From Candidatus Obscuribacterales bacterium (GTDB taxonomy: Bacteria; Cyanobacteriota; Vampirovibrionia; Obscuribacterales; Obscuribacteraceae), in NCBI GenBank assembly GCA_965228855.1, contig CBDDIJ010000002.1, forward strand, positions 1,632,001 to 1,696,000: a stretch of 64,000 bases of DNA. The letters are read 5' to 3'. Under the pieces are notes generated by a model. The model ran no database searches and had not been told where the DNA came from. It worked only from the letters and a program-made list of their open reading frames with translations. The position numbers were made by a program, and so were the translations under genes. How positions within the stretch are numbered: position 1 is the first letter of the stretch; each line of letters begins with the position of its first letter. This document shows positions 49,290 through 57,300 of the stretch, piece after piece.

Positions 49290-50402
49290 TTAGAAAACTT
49301 CTTTCAGCGCTCTTACAACAAGTTCGTTTTCTTCCATCGTTCCAACAGATATGCGCAAACAGGTAGGCAAGCCGAAAGCCGCCAGGGGTCTGATTGCTAT
49401 GCCTTTGCGCAGAACTCCGTTGTACACGCGGTTGGTTTCTTCCTCGCTTCCCATTTCGAAGAGCACGAAGTTTGCATGCGAGGGAATGCGCTTCATTCCA
49501 AGCTTATCGAGCTCTTTCGCGAAGTAAGCCAAGCCCTCTTCGTTATTGGTGACGGTTTTCATCAGGAAGTCGCGATCGTGAAGAGCCGCTAGCCCTGCGT
49601 AATGCGCGAGGATGTTTGGTTCGAAAGGCAATTTGATCCTATTAATAAAATCGATCAAGTGATCATGACCCAAACCGTAGCCAAGGCGAAGACCAGCCAT
49701 GCCCCAGGCTTTCGAGAATGTGCGCAGCGTCAAGACATTGTCCAGGCGATAAGTCATCGAATCCGGATAGTCCGGCTCTTTGCATGCGAATTCATAGTAC
49801 GCCTCGTCCAGCACGACGAGAACGTGCTCAGGAACCCGTTCCATAAAAGCTTCGAATTCAGCGCGCCGAAAAATTGTGCCGGTCGGGTTGTTCGGATTAC
49901 ATAGGTAGATGATCTTAGTGTTCTCGTTGATGGCGTTGGCAATGCCGTCGAGATCGAAGGTGTAGTTTTTGAGCGGCACCTTGTGAAGCTTGATTCCCAT
50001 GCCGTTGACCAGCACGTACAAGCCGATAAAAGTGCCCTCTGACGTCAACACCTCATCGTTATCGTGGAGAAAGGCGCGCAGTGTGTTGGCAAGGATACTT
50101 TCGCTTCCGCTTCCGATAGCGACGTTTTCGACTTTTACGCGGTAGCGCTCTGCTAGTGCGGTTCTGAGAGTAATGCCACCCGATTCAGGATAGCGGTGCA
50201 TGTCTTTGGCGCCTTCGGCAATTGCCTGAATTACCGAATCCGGTGTGCCAAGGGAGTTTTCATTAGAAGCCAGATTGATAAATCGCTCAATGCCCAGCTC
50301 TTTCTTCAAAGCTTCAGGTGGTTTGCCTGGTTTGTACGGCTGAAGTGCCTCTACGTGCGGAGGTACGAGCTTGCGCTTCTTGGGGCTATTCGAGATTGTC
50401 AT
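49290..50402 (-). CDS. hisC: histidinol-phosphate aminotransferase
   Basis: YKPGK, LASNEN, CNPNNPTG, LDEAY and RTFSKAWGMAGLRLGY. Confidence 0.93.
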   Translation of the reverse strand: MTISNSPKKRKLVPPHVEALQPYKPGKPPEALKKELGIERFINLASNENSLGTPDSVIQAIAEGAKDMHRYPESGGITLRTALAERYRVKVENVAIGSGSESILANTLRAFLHDNDEVLTSEGTFIGLYVLVNGMGIKLHKVPLKNYTFDLDGIANAINENTKIIYLCNPNNPTGTIFRRAEFEAFMERVPEHVLVVLDEAYYEFACKEPDYPDSMTYRLDNVLTLRTFSKAWGMAGLRLGYGLGHDHLIDFINRIKLPFEPNILAHYAGLAALHDRDFLMKTVTNNEEGLAYFAKELDKLGMKRIPSHANFVLFEMGSEEETNRVYNGVLRKGIAIRPLAAFGLPTCLRISVGTMEENELVVRALKEVF

Positions 50403-50634
50403 GGTTTCCCTTGCGATTGCCACTGTGGGTGCCTGTTTCAAATATTGAGAACCAACCGAAGCCGGAAGCCAAAGAGGTAGAGTTAGGCGAAACGACGTCT
50501 CGCACGGCACTTCCGAGCTCCTTCATAAAGTTAACATCTAAAGTACGTAAAAACAAATATGTAATTGGTAATGAACGTTGCAGGACATTGGACCTTTCCT
50601 GAGCCTTCATGTTAATATGCACTTACGCCTTCAT

Positions 50635-50708
50635 GCGGGTGTAGTTCAATGGTAGAACGGCAGCCTTCCAAGCTGCACACGCGGGTTCGATTCCCGCTAC
50701 CCGCTCCA
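50635..50708 (+). tRNA. tRNA-Gly (anticodon TCC) with encoded CCA
   Basis: GCGGGTG/TACCCGC acceptor stem, GCAGC-cttccaa-GCTGC anticodon arm, GGTTCGATTCC T-arm, TCCA end. Confidence 0.97.
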
Positions 50709-50760
50709 ATTTTGAATTGAATAGCAATAGCAGTGCATCACGTCATCCGATGGGCTCGAT

Positions 50761-51300
50761 TCAGGTCCACTCGATGTTTCTCAGGCACTCTTTGATTTCC
50801 TTGACGTACTTGGGATAGGAGCTCGTCGGCGCGAGAAAGTATATTTGTTGCACCACGCAACCGCTGTCATCTGCCGCGATGTATAGCGAGTAGGTGTCCC
50901 ATTCCTGCCTGAGCCATCGCCCCTCGACGACCAGGAGTGTCCTGCCTCCTGTGACCTGGGTGTGGATGGCTAGTGGCTTAAACGAGTCCGGCTGGCAGAT
51001 CTCTTCAAGCATGCCGGCAATGCTTTTGATTTCTTTGGCGGGGAGGCTGTGAGGCGGCGTCTCCAGCACTGCCTTGAACGCAGCTCCTGTCGGCAGGTCA
51101 TATGGGAAACCGCGATAATAGAAACATAGCCGCGTGTCTTCGCTGTCTTGCGGCGAAAATTCTCGCAAGCTCTGTTCGTGGTTGTCACTACCCGTGGTGG
51201 CGGTTTCCGTCCAACCAGCGGGCAGCAAAAGACGCTTAATTTGACCGTGGTCGACGACTTCTGTCGAGATGTTTACTGAATCCAATCGATTTCGTCCCAT
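50761..51300 (-). CDS. PsbP/Mog1/DcrB-like fold protein, partner of the giant protein
   Basis: LLLPAGW at the N-terminus, GGRTLLVVEG, and QIYFLAP-x3-Y-x2-Y-x6-L-x2-I at the C-terminus; overlaps the upstream gene by 28 bp. Confidence 0.65.
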   Translation of the reverse strand: MGRNRLDSVNISTEVVDHGQIKRLLLPAGWTETATTGSDNHEQSLREFSPQDSEDTRLCFYYRGFPYDLPTGAAFKAVLETPPHSLPAKEIKSIAGMLEEICQPDSFKPLAIHTQVTGGRTLLVVEGRWLRQEWDTYSLYIAADDSGCVVQQIYFLAPTSSYPKYVKEIKECLRNIEWT

Positions 51301-54300
51301 AGCGAGGTTTTCGGATCACGATAGGTTGCACCTTCGGCAATCGCCCGACGGCGGACGCGCTCACCGGCTAACCATGCGTCGTATTCATGAAACTGCATGT
51401 AGTTTTCGTACAAGGTTCTGCGCCGCTCGTTGATTTGATCTACGTGCCTGCGCATATGTTCGAGAATAACTTTTCTGGCTTCCATTTCCACATCGTTGTT
51501 CCAGGAATTGTCGTCTGCGCCGTTCATGTAGCGATTTAAACGTCGGGCATAATCAACCAGCTCCGGATGCATCGTGTCGGTTCCGAAGAAGCGCTGAGCT
51601 GTCAGAGTTCTGCTCTTCGAGCTACTGAGGTCCATTAAGATGCGCGCTGCAACGCTCTTTTCGTTGGCCTTACCTTCCAGTCGCGGTATCTCGCGTTGAA
51701 TTCTGCGGAAACTGTTGCCAAGCTCGATCCATTCTTGACCCACCGGTTGGTTGAGACTGAACGCTTCCATCAAAGATTGGGCTCGCGCAGCGGCGGTCTC
51801 CGGAAGTTCTGTTCCGTTTCTCAAATCCATTACGCGGCGGGCGTATTCGTCGGGCATGTTGCGACCGGTGCGATCTTTGTATAGCTCCCTGAGGACCTTC
51901 ATATCTGTTTCGGTTGGCTTGGTTCCCAGCTTGAGCTCATCGGCCAATGCTCTCAAAATTGTAGTTTGTTGTTCGTTGTGAACGAGTTCGTGATAAACCG
52001 TTCCCAACAAATCTGCGACGGCTTTGTCATTGAGCATTTCAGCTTTGTTGATACGGATAACTCCATCGCCGTAGGTCGCAACGGCTGAGCCCATGTGCTC
52101 CGGTAAAACCAGTTCCACTTTGACATTCGGAATGCCGACCAGACTACCGTCTGAATTTCTGAAGCCGGCTACGACGCTGTTTGCAAGATCTTCGATTTGC
52201 TGCCTTCTGGGTTCCAGGGCGTCATCGAGCTTTTCCAGTAGTCGATAATTTGTGTCTCTGGCATCGAGATATGCGTTTATTATCTTAAGCTTGTCGGGCT
52301 GCCCTTCGTAGAATTCATTCATCAGCTCTCTGGTCTGATGAATGCTGCCCACGTGCAGACCGGGAACTTCCTGCGCAAGTTCTGAAAACTGATCGCGGTT
52401 AGCGAGAATGACATCCCGAGCTTCTTTCATCTCTTTGAACATGGGCTTGTAATTGTCTTTCCAGCCCTGAAAAATTGGTAAAGCATTTTGCGTGAATGCT
52501 TCAGTGAAGTCCGGATCGGTGAGCGGCGTGTCGCGTCCGCTCAGCATCTCGAACAGCGCGCGCTTGTCCTCGTACTCGAGTTCATCGAAGTGGCGATTCG
52601 GAGACCATAAACCGCCATTCGGGTCTCGATCGCCTATGATTTGCTCGCTCGGTGCTGTGACACTATCTGCGGTGCGTACTGGTGCGTCGAGTGCATGCGG
52701 GGACGCGTCGAAACTATCCGGCGATGATGCGACGATATCTGCAGTCGATGCGACGCTGCTGCCGTCTGCCGCCGGTGTGCTGTCACTCGTAAAGAGTCTT
52801 CTGAACCACCCCTTTTTCTCAGGTCCCGGTTCGGGACCCGGGGTGGGACCGGGCTTGGGCAGGGGCGGCGGTGCATGTTCGAACATCGAGTGATACAGCT
52901 GTTCGATCGGAATGGCCCGATCTCCCATGTGGTCTTTGCCGAAGCCCCACTGGTTTGTGGCATCGACCACAGCTTTTCCTGTCCGTGGGTCCTGGCGCAC
53001 GCCATGCACGTTGACCACGTGCCAGCCGCCGGAACCGCCCGCACGTCCTGCACCTGAATCGGTGAACCATGGCTCGTTTCTCGTGTGCACGAGGAGAATT
53101 CCAGGACCCTGACCATTGTTAGTAACTCTTTGAATTTGGTCCTGAAGCTCTCTAGCCGAGTTGACGGCGTATGAACTGTCGGTGCGAGGACCTCCTGCAT
53201 TCACGGTGCCCCGTATGACGAAATGCTGGTCTTTTGTGCCGGCGATCTGGTTGTAGATGTCCGTCAGTTCAGGACCGGTGATGTGCGGTGAATCCTGAAG
53301 CTTGGTTCTGCGGATGAAACCATTGCTGTCAACGGAGTATTTCACGAGTTCTTCGCCGGTCTTCGACGTAGTAGGACCACCCGGTTTTTCGTAGACGACA
53401 ATTTCGCCGGGAGCGACTTTAAACTCGTTGCTCCTTGCATACTTGAGGTTGACCGCGGTTACTTCAAATATCTGACTTGCGTAGGGGCGCTTGCCGTCGA
53501 TGCGTAAATCAGTGCCGTTCGCCTGAAACGTCCGCGCCAGAGCTTGAGACTCGGCATCCGGTTTCAGCACGCCGGGTACTCGAGCCAGGTCGACGGTGAC
53601 ACCATCAGCGGTGACATACTTGCCGTTGATGACGACATCTGAAATCAGCCGCGCAGCCTCGGACGGTTCACGCGTAAACATTCTCGCTTCTACTGTGGAA
53701 ACGTTACAGGTGTTGTTATAACCCTGGCATATCCGCGGATCGCTTGCCAGGTCCATGATTTGCTCGGCAAGCCGCGCGCGTTCCGGAGCCGTGAGAAACG
53801 CCCCGTATTCTGCGGTAAACAGCCTGCGCACATGGAAGAAGGTTTGTGCCTTCTCTTCCGCGGAGAGACCCATTTTTTGAGCTCGTAGTTCGAATTGACT
53901 CATCATCGTCTTGAATCGTCTGCTTTGTGCTTCGTCAGGGAAGCTCTTCGCAATGAGATTCATTCTGCTGAGTTCTTCGGAGAATTGGACGTTCTTGTAT
54001 TCGACTCGCCCGTTCGGATGATGCACTTCGCGCACGCCGTCCACGCGTTCGATGGTGCTCATCGGTGGATTTCCACGATCCGTGAAACGGATGCCGCCAT
54101 CTGGTTCTACGCTGATGTCACCATCCCAGTAGCGTTGTCGTTGTCTATCCGGAGTAATGCGCGTCCAGAGCCCGTCGCTACCGCGAACCGCCACGCTCTC
54201 ATCATCAAATCGGATTGTTGACAATTTGCCGTCGGCACCGTATGTGAAACCATTCCTGTTTCCTTCAGGATTCAACGTCTGCAGGACGCGCCCGTACTGG

Positions 54301-57300
54301 TCTTCGAGTCTTCTAAAATTGAGGAAGTTAGTAATTTCTGTGGTGCCGTCCGGTCGCTTAACTGCCTGATCGAAGTTTTTGCGAGGAACCACAACCAGCC
54401 CATCAGGTTGTCGATATCCCTGGTTGGTGATGAACTTCAGCTCTGGTCCATCCAGACTGCCGAGGTGAATCTGATCGTTCGGCCCGATGAGAGTCGAATT
54501 GCCTTGAAGGAAGTCAACTTTTCCGTCAGCACGTTTGATGTATGTGCCGTTTCCACCCGCACGCATCATGACGGTGCGTTCTGCGAAGTCCGGGTTCTGT
54601 GCCGAGGCTCTCGTAAGGTCTGTCAATTCCCATGATTGCGCTGACTCATTCCATTTGAGTTTTGCGTGAGTGTTTGCGACCCGCCGGTTGAGAATGTCGG
54701 ACGGGCTGTCGTTTCCAAACGATTGGTGTTTTCTTCCTATCATCAACTCGCCGTCGGCGTTTGGATGCAACGGTTGTCCATCGAAGAAAATTCGAACGTC
54801 CACGTCACCTTTAGGACCCGGCGGCGGTTTCATGTCTTCGCCGTTACGAACCCGCAGTTTCACTTCGGGACCGTCGGCAGAACCCAGTCTGACTGAATCG
54901 TTCGGTCCGAGATAAACACGATAGGGTTTCTCTTTGCCGCCCGGCAGATAAGTAAATTCGCTCTCCCCTGCTCGTTTCAAATACGTTCCGTTGAGAGAAT
55001 GTTCCTCCAGATAGTACATTTGCTGCTGTGCGTCGAAGTGCACAGTGGCATGATTGGTCGATACCAGCAAATTCGAATCGTTGCGGATAAGCCCCAGCGA
55101 ACGGCGACCAAGTTCGACCGGCGGTCCATCATGGCTGATCTGGTGACCGTTTATCGCTCTGCCGTCCAGGGTCAACTCCGCACCGTCATAAAGATCGGTG
55201 AGGTGATACTGGTTGCGATCGATGTGCACACTGATTTTGGGTACTACCGGTGCCTCCACGCGGGGGGCTTCCAGACCGTGTCGGCCGTCATCTCCGAACA
55301 GGGGAATTTGTTTCTCAGGCGGTTGGTACGGCGCTGCCTTCAGATCATCACGCGCATGGATTTGATATTTGTGCTTGATGTAGATGCTCTGCTTACCGCC
55401 CATTTCCATCAGGTCGAAAACCTGACCGTGCTCGTTGCGATAATACTGTTTCCCGTTGATTTCGATTGGCTTATAACGACCGTCATTTTCGAAAGGTCTC
55501 ATTTGAACCGCCCAGCCCTCACGTTCCGGGAATTCGACTATCGCCTCGCCCGTGCGCGTGTCATAGCCCAGGAGCTTGCCGCGCTCGCCTTTCGCTATGA
55601 CCTCGTGTCCTTGTAGCAAAATTTGAGGTGGACCGCCCTTACCGTCTGAACCGACGACGACTCCACCCGATGAATCAGTTATTCCCTTAGCCGTTTCTCC
55701 CGCTGCAGCATCGTGGGCACCGCCAGTGGTGCTGTCGCGGAGTGTCTGGCCGGCCGCATTCTGTGCGGTGCTCTCAGCTCCGTTGACAGCCGCATCATCG
55801 GCGACGTCAGCGACCTGCCCAACTATGCGGCCGGTGGATTCACCGACGGCTCGACCGCCACTCTCTGTCACGACTGCCGCACTACCTGTGATGGCAGCCC
55901 CACCGCCGGTAACAGCGGTGCCGTCTCCTATTGCCGCAGCAGCGCCATTAGGTGTGGTCACTGTCGGTCCGTGAGTTGTCCTGTGTGGTGCGTCCACTTG
56001 CCGAAACGCGCTTACAGTTCTGCCGATGGCGCGGAACCCGGCCGTGAAGCCTGCTGCCATGCCTGTTCCTGTCAGGCTGCCGGTAAACCCGGATTGAGCG
56101 AGCTGGTAAAGGTTGTCTGAAACCGAGCGGGATTCATCGAGGTCTTTGACACCGTAGACCAGCCCGGAAAGCCCGCCTCCAACGTTTCCCGCCAGGCTGT
56201 TCAGACCCAGCTCTCTCATCTGTGCCTTGAGCGCGTTGGCGCCTTCCTGACGAATCGCTTGACCCAGGCTTTGTTCAACGACCGCGGCCAACGCCGGAAC
56301 GTCTTCAGGGGATGCGGCGAAGTCGGAAGCGATGCGCGTAAATGCTTTTTGATCGACACCGTCTGCACCGTTGGAGATAGCAAACGCGACTTCCTGGAAT
56401 ATGCGTTGCTGCAGCTTTTCTTCGGAGCCTTCTTTCAACAGCTGTCTGCCACCCGCTTTCAGAAGATCGTCAGATTGGGCGATTACTGTGGCGGCAGCAG
56501 TCTCCGCCGACTTGGCACCGAGCTTCAAAAACTGAGCAGCTTGCGCTGGACCGAGGAAAATCGTGGCCGCGTCGATTGCACCAGTGGCTCCGTCCGCCAG
56601 AACATCTGCGCTGGCAAAGTCGTAGTCGTTGCCGACGATGGCTGCCTTTGCACCGACTTTGAACAAGGCTCCGCCGAGGCTGGTGTAAGCGAGGAGCGAG
56701 AGGCTGACGCCACCGGTGAACTTGGCGCCGATTACACCGGCTGCAATTATGGCGCCATCGACGACCATGTCCGCAGCGGAATTTTCAGACTTACCGTAAA
56801 GTTCTTTGGCTTTAATGAAGTTCGCCTGGAATTCGGCACGCTGTTCGGGTGGCATCTCTTCGAAGCGTCGCGTGTAGCCGGCCATGCCGGATGCGTACTG
56901 ATTGAGTTCATCCATCGTCATGTCGGCGGTGCCGTCGATAGCGTCGACAAATGAGCGTCCTATTCCGTCCACGCTCTTGTAGACGCCATCGCGCGCGGTG
57001 TTAAACGCTTCGCGGGCTGTCTCCGGTTGAGCGCCTGCTGCCCGGATGACTTTCTCCCGATCGCTGCCACCCATCTCTTGCAGCGTGTCTCCGAGCATGT
57101 CGGAGTCGTACTTTCTCAGGTATTCTGCCCGCGCTGTTTCGATCTGCGCTTGCGAGAGACCTTTCAATGTCTCGTGAATAACTTCTTCAGCGGTGCCGCC
57201 GCCAAGCATCGCTGCGCGGATCTTGTCCTCAGGACGCATTTCGCCGCGTTGTCTTGCGATGTTGAGAGCGACTTCGCGTTCTTCCACGCTGAGAAACGGC

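Noticed and set aside
50585..50620. Sigma70 promoter for tRNA-Gly
   Set aside because: TTGGAC and TAATAT are 19 bp apart; not confident enough to annotate
54000..54360. Calling the giant protein a canonical Rhs toxin
   Set aside because: Only a few YD-like units; no long Rhs core or PxxxxDPxG cleavage motif
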